This document shows positions 35,771 to 46,852 of a DNA stretch of 64,000 nucleotides, piece by piece. A model generated the notes under the pieces. The model made no database searches, had not been told where the DNA came from, and was given only the letters and a program-made list of their open reading frames with translations. The translations under genes were made by a program, and so were the position numbers. The DNA is taken from assembly GCF_011386835.1 (NCBI RefSeq), contig NC_088802.1, positions 1,426,001-1,490,000 on the forward strand, read 5' to 3'. How positions within the stretch are numbered: the first letter of the stretch is position 1; the number at the start of each line of letters is the position of its first letter. This DNA is from Chrysemys picta bellii (lineage: Eukaryota).

Positions 35771-37369
35771 GTCCTGTCTCTCACAGTGGCCAATGCCGCG
35801 TGCCCCAGAGGGAATGAACAGAACAGGGAATCATCGAGTGATCCATCCCATCACCCATTCCCAGCTGCTGGCAAACAGAGAAGGGAGGGAAGAAGGAAGG
35901 GGGAAGGCAGGAGGACAGAGAGGAGGAAGGGCTGGAAGAGCAGGACACGAAGGCGGATGGAGGAGGGAAGGGAAGCAGCGGACCAAGGGCGAGGGGAAGC
36001 ACCACGGCCAGCGAAAGCCGCGGTGCCCGCAGGAGGCAGGCGAAGGGCTGGAGACGGATCTGAGATAGGCGGAGACGCAGCCCCGGGTGCCCCCAATGCC
36101 TGAGTGCCCGGCGCTGGACTGGCTGATGGGACGGGGAGCCCTGCTCTGTTCATCCCCTCGGAGGCGTCTGGTGCCGGTGCTGCCAGAGACGGGACGCAAG
36201 GTGGGTGGCCCGCTGTCCTGGCCCAGTCTGGCCGGCCCTAGGTCCTGATGGCCAGAAGCCGCGCCAGAGTGGGCCGGGCAGCGGGGGGGGGGGGGGGGGG
36301 GGCGGGGGAGGGATGGACAGATTGGGAGAGGGGGGTAGAGGAGGGATGGGGGAGAGGGGATGGGGATGGGGGCCGGAGGAGAGGACAGATTGGGAGAGGG
36401 GGGTAGAGGAGGGATGGGGGAGAGGGGATGGGGATGGGGGCCGGAGGAGGGACAGATTGGGAGAGGGGGGTAGAGGAGGGATGGGGGAGAGAGGATGGGG
36501 ATGGGGCCAGAGGAGGGACAGATCGGGACAGGGGGATAGAGGAGGGATGCGGAGAGAGGGTGGGGGGGTAGATGGAGGGATGGGGGATGGGGGCCGGAGG
36601 AGGGACAGATCGGGACAGGGGGGTAGAGGAGGGATGGGGGAGAGAGGGTGGGGATGGGGGCCGGAGGAGGGACAGATCGGGACAGGGGGGTAGAGGAGGG
36701 ATGCGGGAGAGAGGGTGGGGGGTAGATGGAGGGATGGGGATGGGGATGAGGGCCGGAGGAGGGACAGAGCGGGGAAGGACTGGGGGCTGGAGGGACAGGG
36801 TGGGAGGATAGAAGAGGGGAGGGGGCTGGCTGGCTGGGGGATAGGAGGGAGGGGATGGAGGAGGGAGAGCAGGGAGGGATAGAGAGGCGGGGGCTAGAAG
36901 AGAGGACTGGGATAGAGGGTGGGGAGATGGAGGGGGGACATAAGGGGGGCGGGAGAGGGGATGGGGATAGAAGGGGGGCTGGGGGCGGAGGAGGGGGAGG
37001 GGGATAGAAGGAGAGGGGGGATGGGATGGGAGATACAAGGGGGCTGGAGGAAGGAGGGGAGGGGCGGGGGGCACAAGGGGGGAGGGGGACAGAAGGGGAG
37101 GGGGGATGGGTTGGGAGATACAAGGGGGGCTGGGGGCGGAGGAGGGGCGGGGGGGCTGGAGGAAGGAGGGGAGGGAGGACAGACGGGGAGGGGGGATGGG
37201 ATGGGAGATACAAGGGGGGGCTGGAGGAAGGAGGGGAGGGGCGGGGGGCACAAGGGGGGAGGGGGACAGAAGGGGAGGGGGGATGGGATGGGAGATACAA
37301 GGGGGGTTGGGGGCGGAGGAGAGGCGGGGGGCAACAAGGGGGGCGGGGGCGGAGCAGGGCAGGCGCGGG

Positions 37370-37600
37370 GCTGATTGGCTGCCGGCGCAGCCGTCACCCC
37401 GCCCCGCCCACTTCCTGCCGGGCCCCCCCAGGCGCGGGGGGAGGCGCCGCAGCAGCCGGAGCCGGAGCCGGAGCATCTCCCTCGCCCGCAGCATCAGCAC
37501 CAGGCGCCATGGCCCGGCCCCGATCCCGACCCCGATCCCGGGGGCGCGGGGGGTAGAGCCCGGCGCGGGGCGCGGCGCCGCCCGACCCCACCAGCCCCAG
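37370..37600 (+). promoter_or_regulatory. AGPAT1: Promoter and probable non-coding exon 1 of AGPAT1
   Basis: GATTGG, GC box and ACTTCCTG followed by a CAG|GTGCC donor at 37600/37601; the first coding exon begins with an acceptor, so an upstream exon is required. Confidence 0.5.
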
Positions 37601-40600
37601 GTGCCGGGGGAGCCCGGGCGGGGGAGTTGGGGGGATTGTGGGGCTGGGGGTTGGAGGGCGGGGGAGCGAGGATTGTGGGGTTGGGGGGGCAGAGGCCGGG
37701 AGGTGGGGCTGTGGGGGGGAGGGATTGGGGGGCAGAGGCCGGGCAGGGGGAATTGGGGTGGCAGAGCCGGGAGGTGGGGCTGTGGGGGAGGATTGGGGGG
37801 CAGAGGCCGGGCAGGGGGAATTGGGGGGCAGAGGCCGGGCGGGGGGAATTGGGGGGCAGAGGCCGGGAGGGTGGTGGCTGGGGGGGGAGATTGGGGGCAG
37901 AGGGGGGGTTGGGGGGCCGAGGCCGGGCGGGCTGTGGGAGGCGGCTGTGTGGGGGGGGGGAGTTCGGGGGTCCCCCCAGCTGGACATGTCCCTGGGGGCG
38001 GAGGGGCTGGGACTGTGAGGGGGGGTCACTGTCTGTCACCCCATCCCCCCTCGCTCCCCCCCCCCCCGCCTGCCTCCTTTTATCTCTTCCCCTTCCTGAG
38101 TCAGCTCCTGCCCCCTCCCCCACTCCGCGATTGGGGGCCTGTGGCACAGAGCCCAGCCCTCCCCCCCCCCCCGGTGTCCTGGGGGGCTGAGGGCTCCGAG
38201 CTCATTGCCCGGGTGCGGGATAGGGGCTGTGTCCGGGCTGGGCACACTGTGTGTGTGTGTGTGTGTGTGTGTGACAGCTGCACTGCCCCGTGGGCCTCGG
38301 CGGGTTGTGGTACAGTCTGTGCGATGGACACACCGTGTTGTACCAGACAGGCTGGGTGTGTGTCTCCCCAGCGCGCCGGGGGGGGAGGGGGTATTTATCC
38401 CCGAGCGGGGGCTGTGTGCCGGGCAGCGACGTGCCCCCAAGGCCCGGCTGGGGCATTGCCCGTCTCACGGAGGCACTGCCAGGGACTGGCACGATGGTGC
38501 TGCCCGGCCCGGGGGGCTGCTTTGCTTTGTTTCTCTCCCGGCCCCCCGCGTGGTCCCGTGCGGTTCCCATCCGTGCTCACAGCGTGGGCTGCCGGCCTCC
38601 CTGTCTCTGGACTAGCGGGGGGCAGCGGGCTCAACTCCCTTGAACCCCCAGCTCCGGGAGTCATGGGCTTGCGGGAGGCACCTCTCGCTTTCCCGTCCCA
38701 AAGTTTCTGGCCGTGCGGGCCGTGGGCGCGGCTTGGCAGTGCGCCCGACAGAGGCCCACGCGCGGATGAGACGCCCGCATGGCCGGCAGCCCCCATCTCA
38801 GGAATTTGGAGTCCTGTGTATTTGGACCATGTGGCCAGCCAGACTTTTCCGGTGCGAGCTGCTCGCGCCATTCCCTGGAGCTCCCCTCACTTACCCCCCA
38901 TCTCCATCCCCGCCTGGTCACCTTCTCCGCCAGCGTCAGGTTTCTTCCAGCCCCAGGCGAGGAAATTCCCCATCCCTCTCTGCTCGCTTGTTCTCCGCTC
39001 TGAGCGGGTGTTTCCAGCTGGGCCGCGCCCTTGATGTCACCCCGCTGGGGTTAGAAAAACCGTAGGAAATTCCCAGCCAAACAACTTGGTGTGCCTGGGC
39101 GAGAGGTGTGTATAGGGCGTGGTTGTGTGTGTGTGTGTGTGTGTGGGGGGGTTGTGTACGGTCTCTGTCTGTTGTATACACACCCTGCGTTTGGGCAAGT
39201 ACTGAGAGCGTATGGCTGTTCAGTGTGTGTGCTTCTGTTACACTCACACACAGTGGTATTTTACAGTGTGTGTATGTGTGTATAGACAGGATATTCTATG
39301 CCTACCCTGCGTGTGTAGAGACAGTATATTGTATATCCTCTGGGCGTGTTTATGGCAGTGTGTTGTGCTGACCCTAGATATGCACACAGGGTGTATATCG
39401 CATGCCGTGCAGACAGCTGTATAGATAGTGTGTTATATGCAAAACCTGTGTGTGAGTATGTAGACAATATTATATACCCTGCGTGTTTGTGTATACATTT
39501 ATACCGTGTGTGTGTGTGGGGGGGAAGGGGTACGTTTAGCACCAGTATATTACCTACCCGGTGTGTGTACGGACACAATATGACATACTCTGTATATTTG
39601 TGTGTGTGTGTGACATGCGTGTGAGAGAGTGTCAACATATTATATATACCATGTGTATAGACAATGTGTTACATACCCTGCAGGTGTGCGCCTGGCGGGG
39701 TGTGAGCCACACTCTGTGTGTTAGGTAGAGGTGTGAGGTGTGTCTGTACTCCGACAGTGTGTTACATGCCCCGTGAGTGTGATCCATGCTGTGTGTGTTA
39801 GGTACAGGAGTGCGGTGTGTCTGTATCCTGACTGTGTGTTACACGCCCCGTGGTGTGATCCACGCTGTGTGTGTTAGGTACAGGAGTGCGATGTGTCTGT
39901 ACTCTGACTGTGTGTTGCACACCCTGTGGGTGTGATCCATGCTCTGTGTGTTAGGTACAGGTGTGGGGTGTGTCTGTATTCTGACCGTGTGTTGCACGCC
40001 CCGTGGGTGTGTTGTACACAGCAGGAGGTTGTGGTGGGACGGGGGGACATACAGGCTCTCAGCTCCGGTTGACAGCGAGTGTTAAAGCCAGGCGTAGTTT
40101 CCCCCCCCACACACACACCGTGGTGCTCCGGGGGTCCGAGCGAAGGGTGAGCAGGACATGAGCGCTGACCCGAACAGAGCCAGATTCCAGGGCAGCCTCC
40201 GTGTCTGGGAACTCTGGGGGTGCTGTGAGGGGGGCACTGACTGCACGTCCGGCCCCGGGAACCCCCGCCGTCTGCCTGGCCTGCCCTGCCCTGCCAGCGG
40301 GCGCAGGCCAGGGCACGGCATCGGGCACAGGGACATCACTGGGGCCATGGCTCGTGGAGGGTCCTAGTGGGGAGAGAGCGATGGGGCTGGAGAAGGGTCC
40401 CTGGGGTGCCCCAGGGGGGTTCCAGGCCGCTGGGCACAGCCTGTGTCGATGGCACCGGCTCCCTCTTACGCGCTGCGTGCATGGGAATTTACAGTGCATT
40501 TAGAGCTGCACTGGGCCTCCGTAGCAGAGACGCATGGCGTGTGCAGATCCAGCGTGCGAGAGACGCTTGTGAACATCCCGCCCGTGAGTGCGCTGTAAAG

Positions 40601-40656
40601 GGACGCGCTCCGACGGACTGATCGGCTGCGGGGTGACATTCCCGGCATTATTTTAA

Positions 40657-42710
40657 ATGTATTTTAAAGAATCCTTATTGAGGTTGCAGGAACAAACCAT
40701 CCCGATGTGTAGAAAGAACAGTAAATATGGCAGGTGACCAGCTTGGCTTCACAGTGAAATCCTTGCTGATCTTAAACGCAAAAAAGAAGCTTACAAGAAG
40801 TGGAAGATTGGACAAATGACCAGGGAGGAGTATAAAAATATTGCTCAGGCGTGCAGGAGTGAAATCAGGAAGGCCAAAGCACGCTTGGAGTTGCAGCTAG
40901 CAAGAGATGTTAAGAGTAACAAGAAGGGTTTCTTCAGGTATGTTAGCAACAAGAAGAAAATCAAGGAAAGTGTGGGCCCCTTACTGAATGAGGGAGGCAA
41001 CCTAGTGACCGAGGATGTGGAAAAAGCTAATGTACTCAATGATTTTTTTGCCTCTGTCTTCACGAACAAGGTCAGCTCCCACACTGCTGCACTGGGCAGC
41101 ACAGCATGGGGAGGAGGTGACCAGCCCTCTGTGGAGAAAGAAGTGGTTCGGGACTATTTAGAAAACCTGGACGAGCACAAGTCCATGGGGCCGGATGCGC
41201 TGCATCCGAGGGTGCTAAAGGAGTTGGCGGATGAGATTGCAGAGCCATTAGCCATTATCTTTGAAAACTCATGGCGATCGGGGGAGGTCCCAGATGACTG
41301 GAAAAAGGCTAATGTAGTGCCCATCTTGAAAAAAGGGAAGAAGGAGGATCCGGGGAACTACAGGCCAGTCAGCCTCACCTCAGTCCCTGGAAAAGTCATG
41401 GAGCAGGTCCAGAAGGAATCAATTCTGAGGCACTTAGAGGAGAGGAAAGTGATCAGGAACAGTCAGCATGGATTCACCAAGGGGAAGTCGTGCCTGACTA
41501 ACCTAATTGCCTTCTCTGATGAGATAACTGGCTCTGTGGATGAGGGAAAAGCAGTGGATGTGTTATTCCTTGACTTTAGCAAAGCTTTTGATACGGTCTC
41601 CCACAGTATTCTTGCCGGCAAGTTAAAGAGGTATGGGCTGGATGAATGGACTATAAGGTGGATAGAAAACTGGTTAGATCGTCGGGATAAATGGGTAGTG
41701 ATCAACTGCTCCATGTCTAGTTGGCAGCCCGTATCAAGCGGAGTGCCCCAAGGGTCGGTCCTGGGCTGGTTTTGTTCAGTATCTTCATTAATGATCTGGA
41801 GGATGGTGTGGACTGCACTCTCAGCAAGTTTGCAGATGACACTAAACTAGGAGGAGTGGTAGATACGCTGAAGGGTAGGGATAGGATACAGAGGGACCTA
41901 GACAAATTGGAGGATTGGGCCAAATGAAATCTGATGAGGTTCAACAAGGGCAAGTGTAGAGTCCTGCACTTAGGACGGAAGAATCCCATTCACTGTTACA
42001 GACTAGGGACCGAGTGGCTAGGCAGCAGTTCCGCAGAAAAGGATCTAGGGGTTACAGTGGACGAGAAGCTGGATATGAGTCAACAGTGTGCCCTTGTTGC
42101 CAAGAAGGCTAACGGCATTTTGGGCTGTATAAGTAGGGGCATTGCCAGCAGATCTTGGGACGTGATCGTTCCCCTCTAGTCGACATTGGTGAGGCCTCAT
42201 CTGGAGTATTGTGTCCAGTTTTGGGCCCCACACTACAAGAAGGATGTGGAAAAATTGGAAAGAGTCCAGCGGAGGGCAACAAAAATGATTAGGGGGCTGG
42301 AGCGCATGATTTATGAGGAGAGGCCGAGGGAACTGGGATTGTTTAGTCTGCAGAAGAGAAGAATGAGGGGGGATTTGATAGCTGCTTTCAACTACCTGAA
42401 GGGGGGTTCCAAAGAGGATGGAGCTCGGCTGTTCTCAGTGGTGGCAGATGACAGAACAAGGAGCAATGGTCTCAAGTTGCAGTGGGGGAGGTCTAGGTTG
42501 GATATTAGGAAACACTATTTCACTAGGAGGGTGGTGAAGCACTGGAATGGGTTACTAGGGAGGTGGTGGAATCAGCTTCCTTGGAGGTTTTTAAGGCCCG
42601 GCTTGACAAAGCCCTGGCTGGGATGATTTAGTTGGGGTTGGTCCTGCTTTGAGCAGAGGGTTGGACTAGATACTTCCTGAGGTCCCTTCCAACCCTGGTA
42701 TTCTATGGTT
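40657..42710 (+). mobile_element. CR1 LINE, 5'-truncated, intact 3' end, disrupted ORF2
   Basis: RT ORF 40816-41850 with a frameshift near 41765, a stop at ~41925, C-terminal [12 protein letters not shown] motif and ATTCTATG tail at ~42700. Confidence 0.95.
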
Positions 42711-42814
42711 ATCGGCACACCGGGTGAGCATGGACACTGCAGCCACGCCCTGGGTGTGCAATCTGCGTTCTAGGGCACGCCCCCCGTGCACATGCATACA
42801 GCGCAGGTGCAGTC

Positions 42815-43155
42815 CGGGGGTGTCGATATTACATACACCGTGTGTACGCGTACTGCAGATAAGCTCAGTGTGTGTATAATTGTACACACGGTGTGTGCGC
42901 GTACTCCGGACAAGCTGTGCGCGTGTACAATTGTACACACGGTGTGTGCGCGTACTCCGGACAAGCTGTGCGCGCGTACAATTGTACACACGGTGTGTGC
43001 GCGTACTCCGGACAAGCCGTGCGCGTGTACAATTGTACACACGGTGTGTACGCTTACTGCGGACAAGCCGTGCGCGTGTACATTTGTACACACCGTGTGT
43101 GCGTGTACTCCGGACAAGCCGTGCGCGTGTACATTTGTACACACCGTGTGTACGC
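42815..43155. repeat. 51-nt minisatellite with an internal palindrome, left block
   Basis: Units GCGTACTCCGGACAAG...GTGTACAATTGTACACACGGTGTGT. Confidence 0.9.
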
Positions 43156-43159
43156 GTCC

Positions 43160-44560
43160 TCATCAGCGATCCTGCGAGGATGATCTTTCCCAGGTTTTAG
43201 TTTTCATGGGTCCTGTGGTGACTGAGGAGTCCGATCCGTGGCAGACGTTGCGGGTGGTGTTGGAAGCAAGGGCTGGCCCGCGATTGCCGCGTGACCGTTG
43301 TGTTTCCTTTCTTGGCTGGCGTTTTTCTGCGACCAGGGCATGGCGATTTTCCTCAACAGTGGACATTCCCTCTGTGACAAGTCTTGGCCAGTTACCCCTC
43401 TCCTGGGCTGCTGTCTCCCAGTATGTGGTGCTGATGCCACATCTCTTGGTGTTGATCTTGCAGGTCTCTTTGAAGCGTTTCTTTTGGCCTCCCCGTGTCC
43501 TTTCTCCTTCGGTGAGCTGGGCATACCGCCGTTGTTTTGGTAAGTGCACGTCAGGCATGCGCACGCGGGGTCCGCTCCGCCTCAGCTGGGGCGGGATAAT
43601 CACTGACGATGTTGGCCTCTGTGAGGACACTGACATTAGTGTGACGAGCCTCCCACGTTACGTGGAGGATCTTCCGAAGGAAGTGCTGGTGCTGGTGTTT
43701 TCTGCCAGTTGCCCACGTCTCACAGCCGGAGAGGAGCGTTGGGGTTACCACCGCTTTGTGCATGAGAAGTCTCGTGTGTGTTCTGATCGTTGAACGCCCG
43801 GCCTGTGCTGAGTGTCGACATTTCCCTCTGCCCTCTCTGAGAGATGGCTGCCAAGATAGCAAAGAATTCTACATTTTCCACTTCCTCTTTGTCAGCGTAG
43901 ATCTTCCTTGCTGGGTCTGATGCTTGACCAGGGACTGGCTGGTGGAGAGCTTTTCTTTTGCTGATGTTCAGAGTCAGAAGCAATTACGGGCTGTTTGTAG
44001 ATCTCCTTCTTTGAGTGCACAACTACAGCACAATCACCGGCATACCGGAGTTGGGGTATTGTTGCCGATATTCGTTCTGGCCCGGAGACGAGAAAGGCTG
44101 AAGAGGTGGCCGTCAGTCGCCAATGCCCTGCGGTAGACGGTCTTGGGTTAGCTAAGAAAATGGAGAAAAGCCTTGTTCCATGCCAGTTCGGATGACGCAG
44201 GGCTCAGGGTGGAGGCAGTCATCTGGTCATGGAGGAGTCTTACCGTGGTGATACCTTTGCTCGGGCAGCCAAACTTTTCCACGCTTTTCCACAGAGCCTT
44301 GTGGTTGACAGAGTCGACGGCGTTGGTCAGATCGCTAAAGGCCGTATGCAGCTCCTGGGGGTGTTCCTGGCATTTCTCCCGGATCTGCCCGGCTGCGGAG
44401 GTCACGTCAGCGGCGCCTCGGGATGGTCTGAAGCTGTGCTGGGGTTCTGGCAGCGCGTCCTCCGCAAGAGGGAGCAGGCGATTCAGTGCGGCTCTGGCGA
44501 GAATCTCCCCAGTGCCCCGAAAGTCCACACAGTCGGCCTGGCTCCCTTTTTGAAAATGGG
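43160..44560 (-). mobile_element. Degraded RTE-clade LINE fragment
   Basis: Translations EILARAALNRLLP..PEPQHSFRP..DLTNAVDSVNHKALW (RT) and RMPDVHLPKQ..GERTRGGQKKRFKET (RTE C-terminal signature); several frameshifts. Confidence 0.85.
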
Positions 44561-45750
44561 GACGCGTACTGCAGACAAGCTGTGTATGTACGATTGTACA
44601 CACCATGTGTCCGCATTCTGCAGATAAGCCATGTGTAGAATTGTACACACCAGGTATACGCGTACTGCAGATAAGCTGTGTGTAGAATTGTACACACCAG
44701 GTGTACGTGTACTGCGGACAAGCTGTGTATGTACGATTGTACACACCATGTGTCCGCATACTGCAGATAAGCCGTGTGTGTGTATAATTGTACACACGGT
44801 GTGTCCGCATACTGCAGACAAGCCAGGTGTGTGTATAATTGTACGCACAGTGTGTACGTGTACTGCGGACAAGCTGTGTGTGTGTATAATTGTACACACG
44901 GTGTGTACGTGTACTGCGGACAAGCCGGGTGTGTGTATAATTGTACACACCGTGTGTACGTGTACTGCGGACAAGCTGTGTGTGTGTTTAATTGTACACA
45001 CGGTGTGTATGTGTACTGCGGACAAGCTGTGTGTGTGTATAATTGTACACACCGCGTGTACGTGTACTACGGACAAGCTGTGTGTGTGTATAATTGTACA
45101 CACTGTGTGTACGTGTACTGCGGACAAGCCGGGTGTGTGTATAATTGTACACACCGTGTGTACGTGTACTACGGACAAGCTGTGTGTGTGTTTAATTGTA
45201 CACACGGTGTGTACGTGTACTGCGGACAAGCTGTGTGTGTGTATAATTGTACACACGGTGTGTACGTGTACTGCGGACAAGCTGTGTGTGTGTATAATTG
45301 TACGCACAGTGTGTACGCGTACTGTGGACAAGCCGGGTGTGTGTATAATTGTACGCACAGTGTGTACGCGTACTGTGGACAAGCCGGGTGTGTGTATAAT
45401 TGTACGCACAGTGTGTACGCGTACTGTGGACAAGCTGTGTGTGTGTATAATTGTACACACGGTGTGTACGTGTACTGCGGACAAGCTGTGTGTGTGTATA
45501 ATTGTACACACCGTGTGTACGTGTACTGCGGACAAGCCGGGTGTGTGTATAATTGTACACACGGTGTGTACGTGTACTGTGGACAAGCCGGGTGTGTGTA
45601 TAATTGTACACACCGTGTGTACGTGTACTGCGGACAAGCTGTGTGTGTGTATAATTGTACACACTGTGCGTATGTGTACTGCGGACAAGCTCTGTGTGTG
45701 TATAATTGTACACACGGTGTGTACGTGTACTGCGGACAAGCTGTGTGTGT
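44560..45750. repeat. 51-nt minisatellite, right block (~23 units)
   Basis: Unit GTACTGCGGACAAGCTGTGTGTGTGTATAATTGTACACACGGTGTGTACGT. Confidence 0.95.
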
Positions 45751-46852
45751 GCCCCCACTCGCTTGTCCCCAGGCCTGGCCCTGCTGGCTCCACACCCCCG
45801 GTCAGCGGCACCGTCTCTCCAGCCCCCGTCTTGCTCTGGGTCGGCTTGAGCCAGTTCCCTGCTGGTGCTGTCCATTCCACCCCGCCCGGGCGCTGCCACC
45901 CGCTGGGCACCGTGTATGGGGTAGGGGAAACTGAGGCACCCTGCGGCTTCATAAAACACTGCAAACAATTCCCACTTTGTCATGTCTACACGCAGCCTAC
46001 ACAGACGTGCACTGCGGACACAGCCTGTGTGCTTGTGTTCGGCCTGGTGTGTACACACCCGCTGGGCGTGTGACTCCCCTCTCCTGTATACACCCGGTTG
46101 TTACACACCCCCTGTGCGTAGATGTGCGTGGCAGGGGCAGTGTCGGTGTGTGTGTGTGTGTGTGTGTGTGTCTATTGTATTTTTACAGCTGAGGTGGCTG
46201 GACTGGTTCTGGTTTCTCTCTGGCTGCGGCCGCTCCCCCGGCGCTCTGCCCGCCGGTGACTTTCCCTTTGGCCTGGCAAAGCCCCCGGTCCCTTTGCTGC
46301 TCGGTTCTGGCAGCTCTGGAGAGGCCCAGACGGGCCGTTCCACCCCTCGGCCGGCGCTCAGCGCGTGTCAGGGGCTGCGGGGGCTTGGGGCCTTTCGCCA
46401 GGGAAAGCCGGGCTTGTGCCAGCAAAATCGGCGTGGGACTCCCTGCCCAACGCCACGCCAGGCGCTGGCACCCCTCACGCCTGCAGCCCCTGGTAGCCCA
46501 GCCCTGCCCCCCCAGCTCTGCCGGTGCCCCTCACTCCCAACCCGCAGCCCCTGCCAGCCCAGCCCTGCCCCCCCAGCTCTGCCGGTGCCCCTCACTCCCG
46601 ACCCGCAGCCCCTGCTAGCCCGGCCCTGCCCCCCCCTGCTCTGCCGGTGCCCCTCACTCCCGACCCGCAGCCCCTGCTAGCCCGGCCCTGCCCCCCCCAG
46701 GTCTGCCGGTGCCCCTCACTCCCGACCCGCAGCCCCTGCTAGCCCAGCCCTGGGCCCCCAGCCCTGCCGGTGCCCCTCACTCCTGACCCGCAGCCCCTGC
46801 TAGCCCGGCCCTGCCCGGCAGCCTGCGTGACGGGCCGTGTCCTCGCAGGGCC

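Noticed and set aside
40657-42710. Active, autonomous CR1
   Set aside because: 5'-truncated, lacks ORF1 and the endonuclease, and has an in-frame stop and a frameshift.
44483-46073. 480-aa Cys-rich repeat ORF (CTADKLCVCIIVHTV) suggesting a keratin-associated or metallothionein-like protein
   Set aside because: The 51-nt unit equals 17 codons and is stop-free in several frames on both strands; there is no promoter, splice or polyA context.
46189-46490. Possible extra AGPAT1 5' UTR exon after the strong acceptor TTGTATTTTTACAG at 46188
   Set aside because: No convincing donor was found; unsupported without transcripts.
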